Below are positions 51,217 through 62,875 of a DNA stretch of 64,000 bases, one piece after another. Position numbers and translations under genes: made by a program. Under the pieces are notes generated by a model that was not told the DNA's origin, searched no databases, and worked only from the letters and a program-made list of their open reading frames with translations. Position 1 is the stretch's first letter, and each line of letters starts with the position of its first letter. The DNA is from Malacoraja senta. Its lineage: Eukaryota. The stretch is taken from assembly GCA_038087875.1 (NCBI GenBank), contig CM075979.1:87048001-87112000 (forward strand), read 5' to 3'.

Positions 51217-51330
51217 CTCCTCCACTGCCAGAGTGAGGCCACACGCAAACTGGAGGAAGAGCATCTCATGTTACAATTAGGTAGCTTACAACCTAATGGT
51301 ATGAACATTGACTTCTACAATTTCAGGTAA
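51217..51330 (+). mobile_element. Penelope-like element GIY-YIG endonuclease C-terminal fragment
   Basis: LLHCQSEATRKLEEEHLMLQLGSLQPNGMNIDFYNFR* (R..E and P.G.N motifs). Confidence 0.8.
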
Positions 51331-52252
51331 CCAACCTCAAGAGTCAAGAGAGTCAAGAGTGTTTTATTGTCATATGTCCCAGATAGAACAATGAAATTCT
51401 TACTTGCAGCAGCACAACAAAATATGTAAACATAGTACACTGTAAACAATATAATAAACAAGAGAGAAAATAAAGTTCAGAGTGTAAATATATATATATA
51501 TATATATACACATATACTCCCCTACAAACTACTGCCCCTCTTCTCACCCCCTCCTTCTTCCCCTCTCCCTTCCCTGTCCGCCATAATATATAAAATATAT
51601 TATAATGAAAAGATGAAACAATATCTTCAGTTAACTATTTAGATATTTTATTTATTTACATTTGGAGTATGGGCATCACTGGAAATTCATAAGATAGACA
51701 AAATCTGCTGGAGTAACTCAGCAGGATAGGCAGCATCTCTGGAGAGAAGGAATGGGTGATGTTTTGGTCGAGACCCGAAATGTCACCCATTCCTTCTCTC
51801 CAGAGATGCTGCCAGTCCCACTGAGTTACTCCAGCATTTTTGGTCTATCTTTGGTTTTAACCAGCATCTGCAGTTCCTTCCTACACTGGAAATTCTTTGC
51901 CTATTGCCCATTCTCAGTTGTTCTGGGGGAATTTTTAGCGCACATTTTTAGTGTAGGAATGAACTCGCGTGTGGGTTAGAATACATAGTTCCACTGATCC
52001 TTCCCCCCCTTCTTTTAGCATGTGTGATGGATGAAAGAACACATCACTCTGCACTGATAAGTTTCCAGAAGTAACAGGACAACATTTCCACACAAAAATG
52101 TTCAATAACCACTGGAAGTTATGCAGGCCTGATGTTCAAATGCCAAAATAGGACTTTTATTATTTTTGATTTTGGACCAAATGAATGGTGTTCGGGATCA
52201 ACTACACGCACCGGTGCCTGACCTCCACATGGCATCTGGCTGGTGTTACATG

Positions 52253-52479
52253 TGTAGCGGCACCTAGTGGTGGGGCTGGGTATTCAGAACCCTCGTCATT
52301 GGTCGGGACTGTAACGTGACCATGGGGTTCATTCGCGGGTTTTTGAGAGTACTCAGTAGTTAGCGCTCCTCGCATCGACAGGAGCTGTAATCGTTAGTTC
52401 TAGACTAGGTACGCGGTGTTTCGAGCATTTGTTTTTGTTAATAAAGAATATTCTGCTCAACCTGCCTGGTCTCACTACA
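52253..52479 (+). mobile_element. solo LTR, Gypsy-like
   Basis: TGTAG...CTACA termini, 4-bp TSD CATG (52249-52252, 52480-52483), AATAAA at 52440-52445. Confidence 0.8.
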
Positions 52480-52994
52480 CATGCACGAAATGTGGACCAA
52501 TTCCTACGCCATAATATAAGCACAGAAGTTTAAACTTCCACAGGTCTGCTGGTCCTAGTAAATACATCAGGAGCTCATTCAGGAACCAGTCGCACCTTGA
52601 GAAGTATCTAATGTCTTGCACTTATATAAACAATCTGTAAACAAGGAAACTGCTTATGTAAAGTGCCAAACATTTCTACAGGACGCCATAACAAATTGTT
52701 TGATAAACCTTACTGCATGGAGCAGAAAAATCTGACAGAAATATATATTATTATAACCATATGAAACTAATATAATGACATGCCCCCGGCAGAGTTCACA
52801 TTACTGCGCAGTTGCATGTTCTGTCTGGAAACAAACTTTACAAATATTTGACAAATAATCTTCCGTGAAAACAGTGCCCCTTTTCAACCCGCAGAGTTTG
52901 TTTTATATTCTTTATAGAGTGAAATGCATAACAGATAACCATTTCTGAAAGTCATACCATGCCCACATTTGGTTCTAGTATAGTATGTACGTAC

Positions 52995-53047
52995 ATGAAT
53001 AAGTTGCTCAGGAACCATCTTACAGCAGCAAAGAAAATATATAAGGG
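52995..53047 (-). CDS. CACNA2D4: CACNA2D4 coding exon, 53 nt, PLYIFFAAVRWFLSNLF(I)
   Basis: strong pyrimidine tract tctttgttctctctttag, GTACGT donor, phase 0/2; matches the hydrophobic A..W segment of alpha2delta proteins. Confidence 0.9.
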
Positions 53048-53813
53048 CTAAAGAGAGAACAAAGAAGACATTAGACTAATACTAAATCATTTCCTTTGTA
53101 TACAACATTAAGTTGAAAAATACTGCATACAGATTATGGAAGAAAATGTTAATTAAAGTGGACTAATTATAGAACAAAGGCTGCTGAGAATGCCTTCTAA
53201 ATGCCTTACATGGAGAGTATTCAGAACTGACCGCAAATTATTCCAAAAATTGTCATTTTACTTGCCTAAAATTTGGATTGTGTCTATTTTTTTAGTGCAC
53301 TGAAACATGGCTGCATTAAACTGAAATAGTGTATTGGTGATATTGTACAGCATGGAACAAACAATGACGTTGCCCTCATATTGTTTGACATGCACTGCAA
53401 GGCAGCCCTTCCCTGATGCAAGCAACTAAATCCAATCTTCAGAAGTCCCAAGTAAAATGTTCAAACATGGCCCTGTCACCTGGGTAGTTGCCATTTTATT
53501 TGCCATGGTTGGAGAATGTGGTGTTGTGTGGGGCCTGGGAAGTGAGTGTTTGCGAGTTCCACTGCTGGGAAGTAACACTGCATGTATTTGTTCCTCAGGA
53601 TCCATCCTTCGGGATAGGTAATGGTGATTGCTCAAAATGTCATGTGTGCTTCCAAGAAACGCAGCATTCACCACGGCGGGAATTCTTCTTGTAATTCACA
53701 GTTAAAAATCTATCCCCGTCATTAAAGTTTAAAATCTATCCTCTTTATTTTATGAGGGCACATAAGTCTACATCTATGGCAAGCCAGCAATTCTGACAAA
53801 TCCTGGTGCCTAA

Positions 53814-54419
53814 TGGGCCTGTCCCACTTAGGCAAATTTTTAGGCGACTACAGGAGACCTTGCGGTCGCCACATGTTCGCGGGTGGTTGCCGCGGACTTG
53901 CCTTCATGGTCGTGAGGAGTTCCCGCATTCTCGGAACTAGTCGCGTCTTCATTCTGGGCGCCAGCGGTGACCAGAATGAAGCCGCCATGGAGAGTAGCGA
54001 GAATTCTCGTGCCGTAGGTGCAGTGGTAATGGGTCGCCAGGAGGTCGTAGGTTCATGTAGGTTGTAGCGGTGCTAGATTTCATTGGCTCATTGGGAATAA
54101 AAAACGTAAACAGTAGTTTTCAGGACCAAGGATAACCGACCGGTAATGTTAATGTCTGCCGAGATTCACAGCCGAGTATCTCTGGCTTCTTAAAAGTTGT
54201 CTCCACTCCTTCTCCCCCCTTCTCCCCCCTTCTCCCCCCCCTCTTTTAAAGGACTTAAGTGACCCTTCCCGTACACTGCTTTCACCGTCTTAATTTCAGC
54301 GCCAACCTTCCTGATCATCGTGGTGTTTGTTTGTATCACATTAGCTTTGCACAGTGTGAATTTCACTCAGACAGCGCTCCCCCCGCTCACCCTGTCGCCT
54401 GCCTGCATGAAGGAAGCGA

Positions 54420-54451
<32 letters not shown>

Positions 54452-54541
54452 CTACTCTGACAGTCGCCGGTGTTTCAGCGACCCACTACGACTTGACAGT
54501 CGCCAGCAGTCGCCTGAAAAATCGCTTGTGGGACAGGCCCA
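53814..54541. mobile_element. PIF/Harbinger-type MITE, 728 bp
   Basis: TIR TGGGCCTGTCCCAC; TAA TSD. Confidence 0.85.
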
Positions 54542-55217
54542 TAAGACGTCACCTGCTTTTCACAGAAATTCAAAGAAAATGAAATATTCCTCTGTGAATA
54601 CAGCACCTGGGTGATGCAGCATTGAGCCTCAAGTTGGAAGACAGGCAATTTAAAAAGGTTCTATCATCAGTAAATAAAGAGTTAAGGCGGTCTTCATTTC
54701 CACAGAGGGAGCATTCCAGATTTAAGAGCATAGCAAAGATCTTCTCAGAGAATGACACATACCCCAGTGAAAACACCCTTGGAAAATACATTGTTCATTA
54801 GGAAGGTCCACGGGGGATATGATGTCCGATAACTTTGTGTGACTAAACTCTTTATTAATGGGCTTGTTTTTGCCTCGTGCTCTGAAGTCTCCCACTCACC
54901 CTGAATGCCCAGCCTTGGCCATTACAACACCTCTGGCCAAGTTACTGGTGAGACACACATTCAATAAATATCTCAGCAGCTAAGTACTGGAAAAAAAGTG
55001 CTCCTTGTTAATTTGAGCACAGAAGATATCTGAGCAGAATGCAATCTCTACCCTCCTCCCTCTCCCTCTCTAGACGCGCCTATGAGTTGGGGGCTATGCG
55101 TGAGTGGATAGGGCGGGAATGGGGTAAAAGGAGCGAATGAATAATATTAATATAATATCAAGGGGGGTGGTTAATGTCTGTGTGTGGGGGGTGGTTAGTG
55201 TGTGTCGGGAGTGGTTA

Positions 55218-55370
55218 AGGGCCTGTCCCACTTTCCCGAGTTATTCACGAATTCTCCCGAGTTTTCAAACTCGCAGAATGTTCGTAACGAGTGCATAGGA
55301 GGCCGTAGGAGTCCGTGGATATATCGTAGTGGCTCGTTATGCCAGCCGTAGGTACTGGTATCATAGCTAC
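55218..55370. mobile_element. truncated PIF/Harbinger-type MITE (one end only) inside another repeat (about 55045-55490)
   Basis: TTA|AGGGCCTGTCCCAC; no matching right TIR found. Confidence 0.6.
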
Positions 55371-55512
55371 CGGGAGCAGCACGGAAACTGCTCCCTGTAG
55401 CACCGTCCACACCTCCAATTCTCCAGCGTCTGCTACCTACAACAGCATTTTTGCAACAGCAGCTGGTAACATACAACTCATACAAGTTTCATGAATATCT
55501 CATTGATGTTAA

Positions 55513-56085
55513 AGGGTCTGTCCCACTTGGGCGACTTAATTGGCGAGTTTAGAAGAGTTTGAAAAAATGACATGTTGAAGACCTCCTTCGACTGAGTAGA
55601 AGACCTCCTTCGACCTCCTTCGACTATGTTGAAGACCAGCTTCGACTAGCTACAACTAGCTATGACTAACTTTGGGAAAGTTGGACACCGAATAGTGGAG
55701 AGTGAAGACGACCTCCTTCGATCTCCTTCGACCTCCCTTCGACTATGATGAAGACTATCTACGGCTACCTTCGACTACCTTTGACTACCTTCGATTACCC
55801 ACGACTAACATGCCGACCTACTACGACCTACTATGACTAAACCTACGAGTAAAAAAAGCATAGATTTTTTCCATGGAGACCTTTTTTTACTCGCGGGCAT
55901 TTTTTTAACAGATTGAAATAAATGCCGCGACCTAGCTGAGGCCTCGAGTACGCGGAGACCACTCTCGAGCATGAAGGAGAGTCACGAAGACCTCCTACGA
56001 CCTCGTGTCGACAATGCTGCGAGTATGAGTCGAGGGCAAACTCGCCAGAACTCACGGATTAGGTCGCCCAAGTGGGACAGGCCCT
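55513..56085. mobile_element. PIF/Harbinger-type MITE with internal CGACCTCCTT/CGACTA repeats
   Basis: TIR AGGG(T/C)CTGTCCCACTTGGGCGAC; TAA TSD. Confidence 0.85.
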
Positions 56086-56135
56086 TAAGAGTCCTAAATT
56101 AAGCTCCAGCATGTAATTATGAAGCAGATACTCAC

Positions 56136-56211
56136 ACTAATCATTGGCTCCGATCCACTGTGATGATCGGAATGTCCTTTGCACATAGCTTGATTATCAT
56201 AAAGTTTCACC
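56136..56211 (-). CDS. CACNA2D4: CACNA2D4 coding exon, 76 nt, VKLYDNQAMCKGHSDHHSGSEPMIS
   Basis: tcatag acceptor, GTGAGT donor, phase 2/0; YD.QAMCK motif. Confidence 0.93.
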
Positions 56212-57076
56212 CTATGATAAGGACAAGTTTAGTTATTTATACATGGGGCAAAAACCAAACCAACTGTTGATTTTGTTTAAATTTCCAGAGGATTAGATTA
56301 AATTAGATTAGCGATACAGCGGCCCGCTGGGTCCGCGCCGACCAGTGATCCCCGCACATTAACACGATCCTACACCCACGAGGGCCAATTTTTACATTCA
56401 CCAAGCCAATTAACCTACAAACCTGTACATCTTTGGAGTGTGGGAGGAAACCGAAGATATCGGAGAAAACCCACGCAGGTCACGGGGAGAACGGAATGTA
56501 CAAACTCCGTACAGACAGCACCCGTAGTCGGGATCGAACCCAGAATCTCGGCGCTGCATTCGCTGCAAGGCAGCGACTCTACCGCTGCGCCACCGTGACC
56601 ACTGGAGAAGGGTCTCGACCTGAAACGTCACCCATTCCTTCTCTCCAGAGATGCTGCCTGTCCCGCTGAGTTACTCCAGCATTTTGTGTCTATCTTTGGT
56701 TTAAACCAGCATCTGCAGTTCCTTCCGACACGTTATGAAGAAATCTGTTTACATTTAGCTATTCAAGTAGAAGTGGGTACTGGACTTAGCACATGCTGCC
56801 AGTCCAGGACTTTGACAAAAATAGAAGGTAAAATCTGTCTTCTGACTCCCCACTGGGGTTGAGGTAATTGGGGAGGGGAAGATTTCCACTCAGCCTTGGG
56901 TTGGATCTGAGAACCAATTGGGTTCATTTTGGATTCTAGGGTTCCAGACCAGCTAAATAAGAGGCTGTGGATTAATAATTTATAATCATTTTCCATCAGA
57001 ATAATGTTTATGTTGCTTAGAAATTAGAATTACAACCCAGCATAACTGGGTCTGTGGCATTTTGTGATCTGGTGGG

Positions 57077-58060
57077 GTGCCGCAAGGCTCGGTGCTGGGA
57101 CCCCAGTTACTTACAATATATATTAACGATTTAGACGAGGGAATTAAATGTAACATCTCCAAGTTTGCGCCTGACCCAAAGCTGGGTGGCAGTGTGAGCT
57201 GTGAGGAGAATGCTATGAGGATGCAGGGTGACTTGGATAGGTTGGGTGAGTGGGCAGGTGCATGGCAGATACAGTATAATGTGGATAAATGTGAGGTTAT
57301 CCACTTTGGTGGCAAGAACAGGAAGGCAGATTATTATCTGAATGGTGTCAGATTAGGAAAAAGGGGAGGTGCAATGAGACCTGGGTGTCCTTGTACATCA
57401 GTCACTGAAAGTAACCATGCAGGTACACGAGGCAGTGAAGAAAGCAAATGGCATGTTGGCCTTCATAGCGAGAGGATTTGAGTGTAGGAGCAAGGAGATG
57501 GTAAGCACACCTGGAGTATTGTGTGCAGTTTTGGTCTCCTAATTTGAGGAAGGACATTCTTGCTATTGAGGGAGTGCAGCGTAGGTTCACCAGGTTAGTT
57601 CCCAGGATGACATATGATGAATGGGTTGACTGAGCTTGTATTCACTGGAATTTACAAGGATGAGAGGAGATCTTATGGAAACATATAAAATTCTTAAGGG
57701 ATTGGACAGGCTAGATGCAGGAAAAATGTTCCCCAGTGTTGAGGGAGTCCAGAACCAGGGGTCACAGTTTAAGAATAAGGGGTAGGCCATTTAGGACTGA
57801 GATGAGGAAATACTTTTTCACCCGGAGAGTTGTGAATCTGTGGAATTCTTGGCCACAGAAGGCAGTGGAGGCCAATTCACTGGATGTTTTCAAGGGAGTT
57901 AAATTTTGCTCTTAGAGCTAACAGAATCAAGGGATATGGGGATAAAGCAGGAACGGGGTACTGATTTTGGATGATCAGCCATGATCATGTTGAATGGCGG
58001 TGCTGGCTCAAAGGGCCGAATGGGCTACTCCTGCTCCTATTTTTAATGTTTCTATGTTTC
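57077..58060 (+). mobile_element. CR1 3' fragment (RT C-terminal half)
   Basis: PQGSVLGP...KCEVIHFG peptide and CR1 tail. Confidence 0.9.
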
Positions 58061-58538
58061 TATCTCCAAATCAACGGACTCTTTGCATGGAGAAAATTTC
58101 ACAGACACATAAATCTTCCCTCGTTAAAATGCTTTTCAAACACTGTCAAAACAGACACAAATTAGCAAATTTATTAAGACCACAGTGCCAGCTTTCAGAG
58201 TTCAGCTACTTGCCCTGACCCAAGCTTTTCAGCCAATTATTATTTAAGAGTTCTCAGATTTAATGAAACTGCACCTTCACAGGACACGCATCTAGACAAT
58301 AGACAATAGACAATAGGTGCAGGAGTAGGCCATTCGGCCCTTCGAGCCAGCACCGCCATTCAATGTGATCATGGCTGATCATCCCCAATCAGTACCCCGT
58401 TCCTGCCTTCTCCCCATATCCCCTGACCGCTATCTTTAAGAGCCCTATCTAGCTCTCTCTTGAAAGTATCCAGAGAACCGGCCTCCACCGCCCTCTAAGT
58501 CTGAATCGTGCAACAAATATGAGGAGGCAACATCTTAC

Positions 58539-58609
58539 TCGTTAAACATTCCCATGTTCACTAGTTGTGACATCACCGATCCATCCACTTCTCCCAGAAA
58601 CTTTCCTGT
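58539..58609 (-). CDS. CACNA2D4: CACNA2D4 coding exon, 71 nt, TGKFLGEVDGSVMSQLVNMGMFN(E)
   Basis: ttctctttcag acceptor, GTAAGA donor, phase 0/2. Confidence 0.95.
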
Positions 58610-58897
58610 CTGAAAGAGAAATGAAAGAAATTGGGAAATTGTAACATTTCCTGTTCTGATTATACTGTTTATCTACTTGTTATCTAGCTATTTTATTAAA
58701 AACCTTTATAATTTTAGCCTTTGTCCTCGCCCCCACCCTTCCTCATCTCCATTCCCTCAAGTGCAAAGAATGCAGTCACGAACGGTAATTGTGAACAACT
58801 GATAAAGCCAGTCACCAAAGGATTTGCCTCGACCACATAAAGCTTCCTACACTGCCTTGTTTTCTTTCCTCTGCTGCAAACTGTTTCCTTAAACTTA

Positions 58898-59392
58898 AGG
58901 GCCTGTCCCACAAGCATGCGACTGCATGTGGCAAGCTCAACCTAACGTGGTCGCTTGAGCCGTACGGCCTCGCGGGGCCGGTCCCACTTCGATCGTCGGA
59001 GCCGTATGGAGTTGTGCGGAGCTGGTCCCGACATCGCGCGGGGCTCCGAATAACTGACACTGTTCAAAAATTCCTCGCGGCAACGGCCTGCCGGCCCGCA
59101 GCCGCCTCGACGCCGTACGCACCGCCTCAACGGGCGTGCGCAGCGTCTCGACGTCGTACGCAGCGTCTTGACGGCGTACGTCACGCGCGAACTTCCCACG
59201 GACTTCGCTCGAACTTCACGTCACTCACTCGACCTCCGCGCGGCCCCCGCTTCCGGTTTGTCGCGCTCGCCGCATGCAGTCGCATGCTGGTGGGACCGGC
59301 CCTGTACGGGGATCACTCGACCTCCGCGCGGCCCCCGCTTCCGGTTTGTTCGCGCTTGCCGCATGCAGTCGCATGCTCGTGGGACAGGCCCT
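58898..59392. mobile_element. PIF/Harbinger-type MITE with duplicated subterminal modules
   Basis: TIR AGGGCCTGTCCCAC.AGCATGCGACTGCATG; TTA TSD. Confidence 0.88.
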
Positions 59393-59671
59393 TTACCTTC
59401 CCTGTCACTGCACATGACATCCAACAGCTGCTGAGACTCAGAGTTCTTTGTCATGAAAGATCAAGACCATCCAGTTATTGTCTCGGACTCTCTCTTCTTT
59501 ATCCCTAGCTTAACGAGGTAAACCTTTAACCTCTTCCATCTGAGCCCTGAACTGGCATTTTTCTCTCAAATGTTCCTACTCTTTCTCCAAGCTCAATCTC
59601 CACAAGATCATAATAAAGCTGTCAGACTGTACATATCTGTTCCCATTCTTATTTATTCAGCACTGCAGGAG

Positions 59672-59859
59672 CAGGCCCTATCAGAGGGAGGGGGGTCAAC
59701 GAGGGCCATTTGGCATGGGCCTCATGCCTGTCTTCTTCAAAGGGGCCTCAAATGTTGAGACTTTACACTAGATATTCTAAATATATTTGCTTGATCTTAG
59801 TTTGGGGGCCTCTAAAATCGAAATTGGCCTGGGCCTCAGTTCATTTATGAGAGGGCCTG
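59672..59859. mobile_element. hAT-type MITE
   Basis: TIR CAGGCCCT(A/C)TCA (11/12 match); 8-bp TSD TGCAGGAG/GGCAGGAG (7/8 match). Confidence 0.6.
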
Positions 59860-60545
59860 GGCAGGAGAATCAATCGCTTCCCACATCATTATATCTGGTG
59901 GCATTGGAGATCTATGTTTAGTTCCATCTTCTTTCTCATCTATATGCTTTCCCTTGAGAATATTACCAGCATCAATGTCTATGCATGCTGATGAGACCCA
60001 GGGTACCACTTCTTTAGAATCACCATTTGCTTCATCCATTTCAGTCTGTCAGAAAATTAAGGATAAACAGAAATTCTATCCAACCTTGAGGATCCAAGCC
60101 ACAATCTTTGGTCTCCACTACAAACTCTTCCCTAATTAAATCCTTCCTCCAATTCCTCCTGCTAGCTGTCTGAAATTGAACCAATCCATTCATTTTAAAC
60201 CAAGGTCAAACTTTGGATCACTTTGGATTGCCTATTTCCACCTCCACAACTTCCTTCTGATCCAGCATCAACTCTTCCGTTGTCAAAACACTTCCATCCC
60301 ATAGTTATCTCTAGACTTGATTATTGCAATAGACTCCTTCATTTTAACTTTGTAACGTGAGGTTATCCAAAACTATGCTGCGCATATTCTAACTTGCAGC
60401 ATATTGTGTTCCCTGAACCTCGCAGGTTCCTTGAGCAGATCCTCAGATTTAAATTCTTATCCTAATGATCAAATCCCTTCACCTTCTTATTTGTTTTTGT
60501 TATCGACTCTGGCTATAGAGCTCTCTGAGACATATATATACTTTC

Positions 60546-60963
60546 TTTTTATTTTTATTTTTTATTTTTAAAAAAAAAATTTAATTAGAAATATTGTACA
60601 TTACAGTGATCTCCAATAAACGTAAGTTTATACTTTTCTTGTACCACTTCTTATTTTAAACTTTAATAAGAGAAAAGGATAGAAAGAGTTAGTAAAGATA
60701 GTAAGTGAGTGATTGAAAGAGTGGTCCAGGAACACCCATATGGACCTAAACCACAAGAAATAGTTTAAAAAAAGGGAAAAACCAAAAGCAGGAAAAAGTA
60801 AAAAGAAAAAATAAGATAAGATAGGACAATATGAAAGGGATGTACCTACTTCATATCTTTACTCACCCCTCGCCAGGTCCTGAAACCATTTATTATCAAC
60901 ATTTTGTTGCGCCCTATGTTTGTAATAAGTCGAGAAATGGAGACCAAATCTTTTGGAATTGGT
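60546..60963 (-). mobile_element. L1-clade 3' fragment inserted in an old L2 remnant
   Basis: QFQKIWSPFLDLLQT* ORF2 end, A-rich tail; perfect 17-bp TSD GACATATATATACTTTC (60529-60545, 60964-60980). Confidence 0.85.
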
Positions 60964-62701
60964 GACATATATATACTTTCAAGTCTGGACCTGATCATTG
61001 CTGAATTTAATTTGTTTCTTGTTCTTCTTATCTTCTATCCCATGTATATATTATCTCCAGTCCCATGAGCCATTTTGTATCATAGCTAATCAGTTTGCTT
61101 TGAAGGTCTGGATATACTTCTTGTACTTGCCCCAACCCTTCCTACCCCTTCATCTCCTTTGACTCGGTAATTATGTTGACTGTATTATGGCTTTCCAAGT
61201 GTCTCGATATTATTTCCTTAATGATGTACTCCAGCATTTTGCCGAGAACAGATGTCAGATTAGCTGATCTGTAATTCCTGATTTTTGTCTGTCCCACCCT
61301 TTCTAAAACGGTCCACTTATGTGCTATGCAGAACCTTTGCAACTCCCAGGGCTCTTTCAGCACTTTGCGACCCAATTAATTTATTGTGGAATCTATTTGA
61401 TATCATTACATTACAATATAGTTACTCCTGCAGAATATTTATGTGCATCGAAATAATATTTTTAGTGATGGGATGCAAGGAGGAATGACAGAATGGCTGT
61501 TAATAATACAGTTGCGAATGAGAGTACGTGTTATGTGCTGTAACTGCTCTGCTTATGAAAGAGTTAGCATTCATAAGTAAAGGTTTTGACTTATGAAGCT
61601 ACTAATTCAGTGCAATTGCAGTTTATCACACATAGCTGCATTGCCGTGGCAACCACCAATTAGACATTCCCCATTTTGCTTCTGTAAAGTTAGTTTAAAC
61701 TGCAAGTGTGAATATTCAGATCAGAGATCTTAATTTACATACTTTACAATATACACATCAACTATTTTCGCACATGAAGTGAGAAATAGTTGATGTGTGA
61801 CTGTGGTAACAGTTAATTTCTATTTAATCTCCAGAGGGTCTGGTGACCCTTCGGAAAATGTTTGGAAGCCTAATTATCCTTGCTTAAAGTATTCCTCAAC
61901 TACTTTCCTCACATATGAGTAAACAGACAATAGACTATAGACAATGGACAATAGGTGCAGGAGAAGGCCATTTGGCCTTTCGAGCCATCACTATTAGAAA
62001 CATAGAAACATAGAAAATAGGTGCAGGAGGAGACCATTCGACCCTTCGAGCCAGCACCGCCATTCATTGTGATCATGGCTGATCGTCCCCAATCAATAAC
62101 CGGTGCCTGCCTTCTCCCCATATCCCTTGATTCCACCAGCCCCTAGAGCTCTATCTAACTCTCTCTTAAATCCATCCAGTGATTTGGCCTCCACTGCCCT
62201 CTGTGGCAGGGAATTCCACAAATTGGCAGGGAATTCCACAAATTCAATATTCATGGCTGATCATCCACAATCAGCACCCTGTTACTGCCTTCTCGCCATA
62301 TCCCCTGACTCCGCTATCTTTAAGAGCTCCATCTAACTCTTTCTTGAAAGCATCTGGAAAATTGGCCTCCACTGCCTTCTGAGGCAGAGAATTTCACAGA
62401 TTCACAACTCTCTGGGTGAAAAACATATTATTACATTCCATCACTGACAGCAGAAATGCTAAGAACAAAGCACTCTCCATGTGCTAGGATATGGCCATCC
62501 CTAAACTTGAATGTTTGTAACATTGAAAAGAATTACTAATAAACATTTGCAATGGGTTAAGTATTTATAATACCAGTGACATACTCCTTTCACATTTCAA
62601 AGTGGATTTGCAAGAGCATGAATTAATATATACAACTGTTGTAAAATATCTCACCATGTTCAATTTACCTTCTTTTTGCTTCAAATTAACAGAACACTTA
62701 C

Positions 62702-62764
62702 ATCTTCCACTTTGCTGGAGATCAGAATAAATCCATTGTTATCCACTAAGAAACAGTTTAGTTC
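62702..62764 (-). CDS. CACNA2D4: CACNA2D4 coding exon, 63 nt, ELNCFLVDNNGFILISSKVED
   Basis: atgcag acceptor, GTAAGT donor; conserved alpha2delta DNNGF motif. Confidence 0.95.
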
Positions 62765-62875
62765 CTGCATGATAAAAATAAAACTATAGTTCATTTGAGA
62801 TGTTTCTTGAATTTTTTTCAAAACATATTTTAAAAATCCTTTGTCCAGCATAATGACGGATGGATTGTAACTCAC

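Noticed and set aside
52714-52731. Possible 18-nt in-frame microexon on the minus strand (ctgtcag|ATTTTTCTGCTCCATGCA|gtaagg)
   Set aside because: Splice-like signals and frame fit, but there is no similarity to alpha2delta sequences I know, and the flanking exons already join without a gap.
54570-54791. ORF segment LLNLECSLCG as a CACNA2D4 exon
   Set aside because: The corresponding exon was found at 50848-50903 with proper splice sites and phase.
55560-55850. CRISPR-like or satellite array
   Set aside because: Irregular short repeats with no unique spacers, internal to a MITE in vertebrate DNA.
58812-59508. GC-rich overlapping ORFs or a CpG-island promoter
   Set aside because: Explained by the MITE at 58898-59392; the open frames follow from its high GC content.
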